Assembly (NCBI GenBank): GCA_028030915.1
Contig: GCA_028030915.1_4867.1
DNA from: a phage
Reading direction: 5' to 3' (one strand)
DNA length: 64,000 nucleotides
Positions 57,334-64,000 of this stretch are shown here, piece by piece. Both the position numbers and the translations under genes were made by a program. How positions within the stretch are numbered: the stretch's first letter is position 1; every line of letters begins with the position of its first letter. The notes under the pieces are model-generated. The model saw nothing but the letters and a program-made list of their open reading frames with translations, did no database searches and was not told the DNA's origin.

Positions 57334-57960
57334 TTACTGCGGAATAAACTTACGGTGTCCGAGCGATTCCCAAAAACTGTCGGTGCGCTCTTTGGTTAAT
57401 TCATACCACGCACGCCCGGCATCAGAATCGACAACCTTTAACGTTTCAGTAAGCAGGAATTTGAACAGTTCAGCGCTACGACCGGGTGCTACACCGTCGA
57501 GATATATCGGAATTAAATAACCGGTTTTGATTTCTTCGTACGGTTGCGATTGGTGTTGACCAACAACCCAGGCATCAGCAGCGCTACCGACCAAAGTGGT
57601 GTTTACAGTTAACTCATCAGAAATCCAGTTAACTGTATCAGCCATTATTGAATCGCCATTGACGTAGAAGAAAACTAAACGTTTAGGTTGCTCCACCGAA
57701 CCAGCCAAATCTAATGCAGTAGTTCCGGTGAAGATCGTATTATTGGGATTACGTTCTGCAATAGGTAGAGCAAACCACGCTTCGAGCTGCCCCCAGCTAC
57801 GCGGCAGTGCTTCTTTAAACCACTTCACCAATCGCGGGTATTCCAGAAACCCTTCTACCTCTTCTTCCATCAGATTGATACGCAGTTTGGTATCCTGACG
57901 ATTCGCTTTCTGACACGTCACCATGTCGTCGATGAAACGAATCAGGGTAATCTCGTTCAT
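57334..57960 (-). CDS. hypothetical protein (208 aa)
   Basis: ORF track; flanked by terminator hairpins. Confidence 0.55.
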   Translation of the reverse strand: MNEITLIRFIDDMVTCQKANRQDTKLRINLMEEEVEGFLEYPRLVKWFKEALPRSWGQLEAWFALPIAERNPNNTIFTGTTALDLAGSVEQPKRLVFFYVNGDSIMADTVNWISDELTVNTTLVGSAADAWVVGQHQSQPYEEIKTGYLIPIYLDGVAPGRSAELFKFLLTETLKVVDSDAGRAWYELTKERTDSFWESLGHRKFIPQ

Positions 57961-57978
57961 GTTTAATCCTTCTTCAAC

Positions 57979-58007
57979 AAAAAAAGAAGGTAGCCCGTAG
58001 GCTACCT
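57979..58007 (-). terminator. intrinsic terminator
   Basis: aaaaaaagaa ggtagcc cgta ggctacc. Confidence 0.55.
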
Positions 58008-58014
58008 CTCGTAT

Positions 58015-58521
58015 TTACAGCCCCATATGCATAAGGGAAATGATTGGGACCTTACGGCCACGAATCATTGCATACGGTTCGTACATTTGTGCGTTAGTTT
58101 CGAATAACTCACAGGCCGGAATGCGGTCACCGGTAGAGAGTTGCAAGACTTCAATTTGGTCGCCCCAGAAGTTATTCACCAATACATGGTCGACAGTGTT
58201 GTCTTCACGACCTTCAGGGGTGTTGCAATAAGTGGCTGCAGCGTACCAGCCCTTACGGTATACTTCATAACCCGCATGAAGCATCCGGTAGTACGGACGT
58301 AGTTGTGGGGCATTCAACGCAGCATCTAGCCACTCGCTGTGAATGCTGTTAATCAATACGGTCGCTTCTTCTGGCCAGTCGGTGCGGTTTAGGGTTAACT
58401 CGCCTAACAGCTTTAACTTCCAGCCAGTGGAAAGAATAGCGCGGGTACGTTCGGGATTGACGTTCATCTGAGTAAAGAAAGTAGAACGGGTATCGTCGAG
58501 AATGTTCATGTTCATTTGCAT
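58015..58521 (-). CDS. hypothetical protein (about 168 aa)
   Basis: ORF track 58015-58581; preferred start MQMNMNILDD at 58521 with aagga SD, because the 58581 start lies inside a hairpin. Confidence 0.55.
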   Translation of the reverse strand: MQMNMNILDDTRSTFFTQMNVNPERTRAILSTGWKLKLLGELTLNRTDWPEEATVLINSIHSEWLDAALNAPQLRPYYRMLHAGYEVYRKGWYAAATYCNTPEGREDNTVDHVLVNNFWGDQIEVLQLSTGDRIPACELFETNAQMYEPYAMIRGRKVPIISLMHMGL

Positions 58522-58534
58522 AATCCTTACGAGT

Positions 58535-58545
58535 AATAGTCGATT
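58535..58545 (-). promoter_or_regulatory. motif B, copy 2
   Basis: Plus-strand aatagtcgatt about 14 nt upstream of ATG 58521, downstream of hairpin 58553-58590. Confidence 0.3.
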
Positions 58546-58644
58546 AAAAAGGACCCTGCGGCTAAGTGTTGGGGATATCACCGCAGGGCCAAAGTGAGAT
58601 GGGTCGTCATCTCACGTTATAACATCTGTCTGAAAACTTTTCGG

Positions 58645-59028
58645 TTACTGGTCGAGCGCTACTGAACCACGCACCACCCCTTGCTGTTCAATAACCAGGA
58701 GGCGTTGTTTGGTTTTCGTATTGTAAGCGAGCGACGCGCGAAGCGTCGGGTCGCACGTTATTGTCTCTACTGGCACAATCTCTTGTGCCTTTGAGTTCAA
58801 CAGAAAGTAGTAACCTGCCGGACAAGTTTCCTCGCCCTTTGCGTGGACTAGGATGTACTCGTCGTGCCGGCTGACTTCTTCACATCTACCATCGTCGCCA
58901 GTACAGACTTCGAACGAAGGCGGGTTGTACTGATACGGTGTGCCTGGTAGTAAATCTTCTACGCTAGTTGTAGCTGAAGCAGAAGCGGTAAAGAACACCG
59001 CCACGATAATACCCATAAATCCACGCAT
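58645..59028 (-). CDS. small secreted Cys-containing protein (127 aa)
   Basis: N-terminal MRGFMGIIVAVFFTASASA looks like a cleavable signal peptide; 6 Cys in the mature part. Confidence 0.55.
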   Translation of the reverse strand: MRGFMGIIVAVFFTASASATTSVEDLLPGTPYQYNPPSFEVCTGDDGRCEEVSRHDEYILVHAKGEETCPAGYYFLLNSKAQEIVPVETITCDPTLRASLAYNTKTKQRLLVIEQQGVVRGSVALDQ

Positions 59029-59041
59029 GTTGTTTCCTTAC

Positions 59042-59452
59042 TTAAAAGTCGAGTTTATTGATGCCTACATTTTTCTTAATCGTAGGGTCATACATGATAA
59101 CCGTCAGGGCATTGTCGCCTGGGTCGCGTGTAAACTCAGCAACGGCTTCACCACTGCAGGCTTGGTTATCATTATAGTTCATGGATTCGGCTTGCCCGGT
59201 TGCCATGTTAATAACCCCGTATTCAGGGTCGCCACATGCGACACCGCCCATCGTTTTCACTAACAGGTAACGGTTGTTATCGGACATCGCAACGATCTGG
59301 CAGCTACCGCCTTGTACGTCAGAGTTCTGGCACCAGAACGGCCCGCCGTATTCGTGATCGTTAACAACTTTTGGTAACTCGATACTCCCAGCGCGAGCGA
59401 AGAAGCTAATGGCTAGAGTAGCAAGTAAAACTGGTAATAAAAAATGTTTCAT
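59042..59452 (-). CDS. small secreted Cys-containing protein (136 aa)
   Basis: Signal peptide MKHFLLPVLLATLAISFFARA; shares PFWC...C.(I/V)V motif with the next gene upstream. Confidence 0.6.
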   Translation of the reverse strand: MKHFLLPVLLATLAISFFARAGSIELPKVVNDHEYGGPFWCQNSDVQGGSCQIVAMSDNNRYLLVKTMGGVACGDPEYGVINMATGQAESMNYNDNQACSGEAVAEFTRDPGDNALTVIMYDPTIKKNVGINKLDF

Positions 59453-59474
59453 AATAGCACCTCAATTTTTTGAG

Positions 59475-59966
59475 TTATTCTGAATAGTCGATTGTTTTGA
59501 TGGTTTCCATACCGTAGTACATAGCGATGGAGGCCAGAGTTTTGGTATCCGGTCGCTGTACAAAACCGGCTCTGAAATCTTTGCTGCAAATTTTCTCCAC
59601 TGATAGTTCATCACGATTAGGGATAAGCCATAACGCGTCACCATTGTGACGGTCGACTGCACCCCACCAACCACCTGGGCAATCTTTATCGCCCGGACGG
59701 TGTACGATAGCGACACGACCGTTGAAGGATATGTCAACTACACGACACTGTTTCTTAAGCAGCTTACGCGCATTGCACCAGAACGGCTTATCATTAAGAT
59801 TGATGGTGCGGGTATATGCTGGAATGCTGCCGTTAATACTGCCCTGGAACCCGCTGAATTCGTCAGCGCGTGCCTTAGAAATCCGTAGCCCAACAACAAC
59901 TGCCATCAACAGCACAGTAAAAAGCACCACTTTGGCCAAGTGGCGATTAACGTTATTGCATTTCAT
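59475..59966 (-). CDS. small secreted Cys-containing protein (about 163 aa)
   Basis: ORF track 59475-60011; preferred start MKCNNVNRHLAKVVLFTVLLMAVVVGL (signal peptide); DKPFWCNARKLLKKQCRVV motif paralogous to 59042-59452. Confidence 0.55.
   Translation of the reverse strand: MKCNNVNRHLAKVVLFTVLLMAVVVGLRISKARADEFSGFQGSINGSIPAYTRTINLNDKPFWCNARKLLKKQCRVVDISFNGRVAIVHRPGDKDCPGGWWGAVDRHNGDALWLIPNRDELSVEKICSKDFRAGFVQRPDTKTLASIAMYYGMETIKTIDYSE
59483..59493 (-). promoter_or_regulatory. motif B, copy 3
   Basis: Plus-strand aatagtcgatt about 30 nt upstream of ATG 59452. Confidence 0.3.
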
Positions 59967-60354
59967 TTTTGATATCTCCACGATTGAGGGTGATGCGACC
60001 GACGAGCACATCGTTGTGATAAAAGCTCACAGCAACCAAATTCGGTAATTCCAGTGGCGATACACTGACCGAGGTGACTTTTGGTTGATTGCACGATATG
60101 TCGATTAACCGCTGATACATTTTCAATTTCTTATCAGCGATAACCAGCCCTGTGCAGTTCTTACCGTCCGTCAGTCTGTAGATTTGTAACTGTTCGACCT
60201 CACGCATCAGTTCCGGTTTTTCATTCGGTGCAATGCCATAATCCGAATCAGCTGATGTGTATTCAGTCACGTCTGGCTTATCGAAAGCATAAGTTGCTGC
60301 AATACCACATGCGGCCAGAACTACTACTGCTTGTAAGAACTTCTTGATAGTCAT
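59953..60354 (-). CDS. putative lipoprotein (133 aa)
   Basis: N-terminus MTIKKFLQAVVVLAACG with lipobox-like LAAC. Confidence 0.55.
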   Translation of the reverse strand: MTIKKFLQAVVVLAACGIAATYAFDKPDVTEYTSADSDYGIAPNEKPELMREVEQLQIYRLTDGKNCTGLVIADKKLKMYQRLIDISCNQPKVTSVSVSPLELPNLVAVSFYHNDVLVGRITLNRGDIKNEMQ

Positions 60355-60363
60355 GTTTTACTC

Positions 60364-60374
60364 TATAGTCGATT
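60364..60374 (-). promoter_or_regulatory. motif B, copy 4
   Basis: Plus-strand tatagtcgatt about 10 nt upstream of ATG 60354, downstream of hairpin 60380-60408. Confidence 0.3.
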
Positions 60375-60379
60375 GGTTT

Positions 60380-60408
60380 AAAAAAGAATAGGCTACCCGA
60401 GGGTAGCC
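60380..60408 (-). terminator. hairpin plus U-tract (terminator-like) in the 5' region of gene 59953-60354
   Basis: aaaaaagaata ggctacc cgag ggtagcc; lies between conserved motif 60430-60454 and the start codon, so it may act as a leader structure rather than a terminator. Confidence 0.45.
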
Positions 60409-60429
60409 AGTTGAGTTAATCTCTTAACT

Positions 60430-60454
60430 CTCACCTAAGTAATATATATCTGAG
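60430..60454 (-). promoter_or_regulatory. conserved intergenic motif A, copy 5
   Basis: ctcacctaagtaatatatatctgag; immediately after stop of gene 60460-61056. Confidence 0.4.
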
Positions 60455-60459
60455 ATATT

Positions 60460-61056
60460 TTACAATGTGAACGTTGTGTTAAGAATACGAAAACCCAATG
60501 CTCGCTTAGCGATTTGCATATTTGCAGGCGTGAAGTCCACCAGTTTGATTTGAACGATCGATAAATCGTAAAGCTTGTGAAGCACTTCGATTTTGTGTCG
60601 CCAATCTGTTTTTTGGTGCAGCTCTATCGTCGTTGGTATCTCGCCTAGTCTCGGCAACTGTGCTCCAAGTAAACGATGATGGACTTTACCGTTTATAGTT
60701 GGGGTGCCTTCCGTGACCATCAGTCGCGCATCGATGTAGTTATTTCGCTTAGCGTACTCCATAAAAGTTTTGACATTTATCTTTTCCTCGTATAGAATGC
60801 TGCGAAAGTATTCGTAAATGATGTGTCCTGCCTCCCTACCGCTTTCCGAGTCTGGAATAACCTTATCGATGAAAATCGCAGAGACCACTTCGCTCCCACG
60901 CGAATGCATTGTAATGACCCTATCCCCGTGCTCTGCGGCGGTTAATAATCCACTCACATCAAGCCCCACCGGAAACAAGCCACGACTACGCATTACGTGC
61001 AGGTCTTCTAACTTGTTCTCTTGCAGTCGTAAAATACGTTCTGTCATATACCACAC
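60460..61056 (-). CDS. hypothetical protein (198 aa)
   Basis: ORF track; SD gaggtg upstream. Confidence 0.55.
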   Translation of the reverse strand: MWYMTERILRLQENKLEDLHVMRSRGLFPVGLDVSGLLTAAEHGDRVITMHSRGSEVVSAIFIDKVIPDSESGREAGHIIYEYFRSILYEEKINVKTFMEYAKRNNYIDARLMVTEGTPTINGKVHHRLLGAQLPRLGEIPTTIELHQKTDWRHKIEVLHKLYDLSIVQIKLVDFTPANMQIAKRALGFRILNTTFTL

Positions 61057-61080
61057 CTCAAATTAATTTGAGTTAAGTGT

Positions 61081-61121
61081 AAAAAATAAGAGGACTCCAG
61101 TAACCACGAGGGTTACTGGAG
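61081..61121 (-). terminator. intrinsic terminator
   Basis: aaaaaataagagga ctccagtaacc acgag ggttactggag. Confidence 0.6.
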
Positions 61122-61126
61122 ATAAA

Positions 61127-61654
61127 CTACACACTCAACGTTTCAATGAATTTGATGCGCGCTGGGTGAAATGTGTGATAAACAGTTACCGGCGCGTGCG
61201 GGCCTTCGGCTGCGTGTATTGCGCCATCGTATCCGCTCAGCAACAGATGGTCATATATCGCACTACAGTTATACGCCACCGATGCCCATAGTGGTAACTT
61301 GTCAAACTCTTTAGGGTGTTGGTGGTAAACCTCCATCAAACCCTTTTCAGGATGACGCTCTTGGATACGCTCCCACTCATTTGTTTCAATGAGCAAGTTC
61401 CCTTTCTTCTGTGCAACTGTCTGGTATTGATGCGGGGAAAGAATCTCGCGGAAATTACCGATATCGACGAACGGGTCAGTAGGATCGTTGATAAATGGAT
61501 TGGTGATTTCCAAAGAAACGTGGTTGATTAGCCAGCTGGGATTCGCTTTAACAATTTCAGCAGGGACATCGATGTCTTTATAGACAACTTGAGAACGTGA
61601 AAGGTTAGCCTCAACAAACGGCTTATCAGTAACAATATAACCTTCGAGTTTCAT
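61127..61654 (-). CDS. hypothetical protein (175 aa)
   Basis: ORF track; followed by hairpin terminator. Confidence 0.55.
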   Translation of the reverse strand: MKLEGYIVTDKPFVEANLSRSQVVYKDIDVPAEIVKANPSWLINHVSLEITNPFINDPTDPFVDIGNFREILSPHQYQTVAQKKGNLLIETNEWERIQERHPEKGLMEVYHQHPKEFDKLPLWASVAYNCSAIYDHLLLSGYDGAIHAAEGPHAPVTVYHTFHPARIKFIETLSV

Positions 61655-62217
61655 TATAAGGCTCCTTTAAAGTGATATGTTAAGCTTTCTACGAGATGGC
61701 AGGTTTGGCTTTCAAAGAAGTGTAAAATGGGTTCAATGGGCACACCGCCGAGATTATAGACGATTACGTCCTGCTTTAATCCGGCCTCGACTTCGCTAAG
61801 AAACGATTCGGTTGCGAGTTCACTCTCTGACGAGGAAAGGGTAATCGTTGTTTCCCCATCGTCGCTACTACCAGAGACATCCTGTAAACGCAAAACGGTC
61901 GGTACAGTTTTACTGATACGAATATCTGGCGGGAGTGTAACCTCCAGTAGCGGTGTACGGACTTTACGCGCAAGATAGTTGGTGAATAGATTGGGATCAA
62001 GCTCGCTGACGCCACAGCAAATGCAGTTCAGTAAGGTCGACAAGCTTGTCGTTTTGCGTTCAAATATCCCCTTGATCTGTTTGGCTTTATCGCTATAAAG
62101 GAACACCAACAGCTGGTCGGGGTTATCCGGTAAATCACGTTCAACTCCTTCCCACTCCGGATCGTTGCGGATGTGCTCTTGCCAGATATCGTTTCGAATT
62201 TCTAGTAAACGGGACAT
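61654..62217 (-). CDS. hypothetical protein (187 aa)
   Basis: ORF track; 1-nt overlap with downstream gene. Confidence 0.55.
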   Translation of the reverse strand: MSRLLEIRNDIWQEHIRNDPEWEGVERDLPDNPDQLLVFLYSDKAKQIKGIFERKTTSLSTLLNCICCGVSELDPNLFTNYLARKVRTPLLEVTLPPDIRISKTVPTVLRLQDVSGSSDDGETTITLSSSESELATESFLSEVEAGLKQDVIVYNLGGVPIEPILHFFESQTCHLVESLTYHFKGAL

Positions 62218-62226
62218 ACACTCACC

Positions 62227-62808
62227 TTACGCAATGTAAATACCACGGTGGTTACGGAAACCGTGTTCTTCGGTAAGGTAACGCGCATAGGTGTGCTCAA
62301 CGGATGGAGTGTAGCAAACCAGATGCAATTCCTGACCTTCAGCTAGGCCCGGTAACATGACGTTTAGCCAATCCATCCCGCCGTTCTGCTGTAACGTATC
62401 TTGCGACAGCGTTAGTGGCTGAACAATATGCGCTGGGTTACTGTCGTCTTCGCTTTTCGTAAAACGAAGAATAGCCGGACGGGAACCATCTACTAGTACC
62501 GTGCGTGGTAAGTCAAAAGCAACCACCTTCGCTTTCTGTTCGTAGGATGATTTATAACGACGTAACAGCCCAATATCGGTATCTAGTACGGTAGCCATCA
62601 CGTTATACAACATCACTAGACGGGCGTCGTTATCGGTGGTGACGTGTTTTACGAACACCATCATCGGAATACCTTCGCGTTGGAATACCACGAAGTCTGC
62701 TTCTTTGTATTTCTCGCAACCTTCTACTACCCGTGGGGCTTTCACGCGATAGCGGCGGGTCAGTTCTTCGTAGTTCATTTCATGTTGTTCAATAATTGGT
62801 TGTGGCAT
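62227..62808 (-). CDS. hypothetical protein (193 aa)
   Basis: ORF track. Confidence 0.55.
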   Translation of the reverse strand: MPQPIIEQHEMNYEELTRRYRVKAPRVVEGCEKYKEADFVVFQREGIPMMVFVKHVTTDNDARLVMLYNVMATVLDTDIGLLRRYKSSYEQKAKVVAFDLPRTVLVDGSRPAILRFTKSEDDSNPAHIVQPLTLSQDTLQQNGGMDWLNVMLPGLAEGQELHLVCYTPSVEHTYARYLTEEHGFRNHRGIYIA

Positions 62809-62829
62809 GGTTAAATACTCTTTACGGTT

Positions 62830-62858
62830 AAAAAATAAGAAGGGGGTACAAGACCCCC
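62830..62858 (-). terminator. intrinsic terminator
   Basis: aaaaaataagaa gggggt acaa gaccccc. Confidence 0.5.
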
Positions 62859-62868
62859 GATGACGAGA

Positions 62869-63999
62869 TTACAGTAAACGCAAATCTGCGACAAACAACA
62901 GTTGACGGCCGTACTTAGTCACTTCTTTCCAGCCATTGTTAACACCCCATTTGATGATAGCGTCGTAATGCCACTGTTTCAGTTCGCTGGTACCCCACGC
63001 ATCCCGTACCGCCTTCGCCGACATCAAATAAGCAGGTTCGGCAACGGAGCGCATTTCAGAATCTGGCAGGCGAGAAACAACGGAACTGTTCACACGCTGC
63101 AGCGTTCCTGACACCTGTATCCAGAACGCAGGCGATATTGTATTTGTCGGTCGACAGTCAAACACCCAGGCCGTGTCATTTTCACTGGCCGGGGTCTTAC
63201 GCTTATAGATGCTTAACAGTATTTCCGATTGGATAACTTCGCGGAAAACGTTAAGAAGGGTGACGACCTTCTCATTAACCACATCGCCTTTTTCGACCTT
63301 ATGGTAATCTTTAAGGTTTCCGGGCTCTGCTATCGGCATTACTGACCAAACATCGGCGTCTAACATCTCACCGAAATAATGGTTAGCGTTTTCATCAGAT
63401 GTCCAGAACATCGTATTGCCATCATTGGCTATGGTGACTAGATCACGCAGTGCTTCTTTGGTGTCTTCGTCAATTTCCACAGGTTTGGCTGCTTCACGCG
63501 GTGCGTTTTTCGTGTAGAATCTGCGCTTGCTTACCGCTCTATTCCATACGGTAGTAATTTGGTACGCAGTGAATTCGGGGAACTGCTGCACCAACACTTC
63601 CGCATCAACATCGAGTCGCTCTGAATTAAAGTTTTGTAATTTCTCATTAAACCCTGTATTCAGCTCTCCGCCAGTCCACCAGTTGCTATCGCTTAGTGCA
63701 GGCATGTCAGGTGTTAACTCGAACACCGGTTTACCGGTCAGCAGAGTAAGAATGTAGTGCACCCACATTGTGTTACCCTCAGCAATGGCGCGTCCGATGT
63801 TTTGATTACCCGATAGGTAAGCTACCCGCGAATCCCCTTCGAACGTCATGGTTAACTCAACCCACGGCGCTAAGTCAGAGACGTGGTGGCCTAAACGGCA
63901 CTTTACTTCCCCTTTGTCAAGCAGCCGCTTTTCGACAACGGTTGAGAGCTTTTGTGGCAGGTGCGCACAATCCTGCCACGTTACGTCGCTGTAAGCCAT
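62869..63999 (-). CDS. hypothetical protein (376 aa)
   Basis: ORF track; ATG at 63999, complete within window; followed by hairpin terminator. Confidence 0.6.
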   Translation of the reverse strand: MAYSDVTWQDCAHLPQKLSTVVEKRLLDKGEVKCRLGHHVSDLAPWVELTMTFEGDSRVAYLSGNQNIGRAIAEGNTMWVHYILTLLTGKPVFELTPDMPALSDSNWWTGGELNTGFNEKLQNFNSERLDVDAEVLVQQFPEFTAYQITTVWNRAVSKRRFYTKNAPREAAKPVEIDEDTKEALRDLVTIANDGNTMFWTSDENANHYFGEMLDADVWSVMPIAEPGNLKDYHKVEKGDVVNEKVVTLLNVFREVIQSEILLSIYKRKTPASENDTAWVFDCRPTNTISPAFWIQVSGTLQRVNSSVVSRLPDSEMRSVAEPAYLMSAKAVRDAWGTSELKQWHYDAIIKWGVNNGWKEVTKYGRQLLFVADLRLL

Positions 64000-64000
64000 A

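Noticed and set aside
57334-58521. Mre11/SbcD partner for the Rad50-like gene among its neighbours
   Set aside because: Neither neighbouring protein shows the D.H...GD.D...GNH.. phosphoesterase motifs by eye.
58553-58590. Long-loop hairpin ccctgcgg...ccgcaggg as a terminator feature
   Set aside because: The loop is about 19 nt and the structure overlaps the nominal upstream start of gene 58015; plausible but weaker than the other terminators, so mentioned only in evidence.
1-64000. tRNA genes, rRNA or a CRISPR array
   Set aside because: No T-loop-like GGTTCGAATCC in non-coding gaps, no gap large enough with cloverleaf-like repeats, and no regularly spaced direct repeats; the recurring repeats are terminators and promoter-like motifs.

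Overview
The window reads as a densely packed segment of a large virulent phage genome, about 80 protein-coding genes with almost no non-coding DNA. By gene content it resembles a phiKZ-like jumbo phage, but that is an inference from motifs I read by eye; no database search was possible. Most genes run on the minus strand, with four plus-strand islands (12209-22175, 35065-35535, 39102-39857, 46695-48708). The best-supported calls are: (1) a thymidylate synthase gene split by a ~1.1-kb group I intron that carries a GIY-YIG (I-TevI-like) homing endonuclease, with T4 td-like intron core sequence; (2) an N-terminal fragment of a multisubunit RNA polymerase beta' subunit (DYDGD catalytic motif) next to a 1401-aa protein, divergent from (3) a 2373-aa giant protein with a lytic transglycosylase domain; (4) an RNase H-domain protein with a long C-terminal extension beside a DEDDh 3'-5' exonuclease; (5) a Rad50/SbcC-like ATPase followed by a string of overlapping tiny membrane-peptide ORFs; (6) a DarG/TARG1-like macrodomain protein; (7) a free-standing tandem-domain HNH-like endonuclease; (8) a secreted lytic transglycosylase, a lipoprotein/membrane-protein pair and a cluster of small secreted proteins. 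Non-coding signals include at least 15 hairpin-plus-U-tract terminators (many with UUCG tetraloops, three bidirectional) and two recurring intergenic motif families that look like phage promoter or 5'-leader elements. No tRNA, rRNA or CRISPR array was seen. Most remaining ORFs have no recognisable function.
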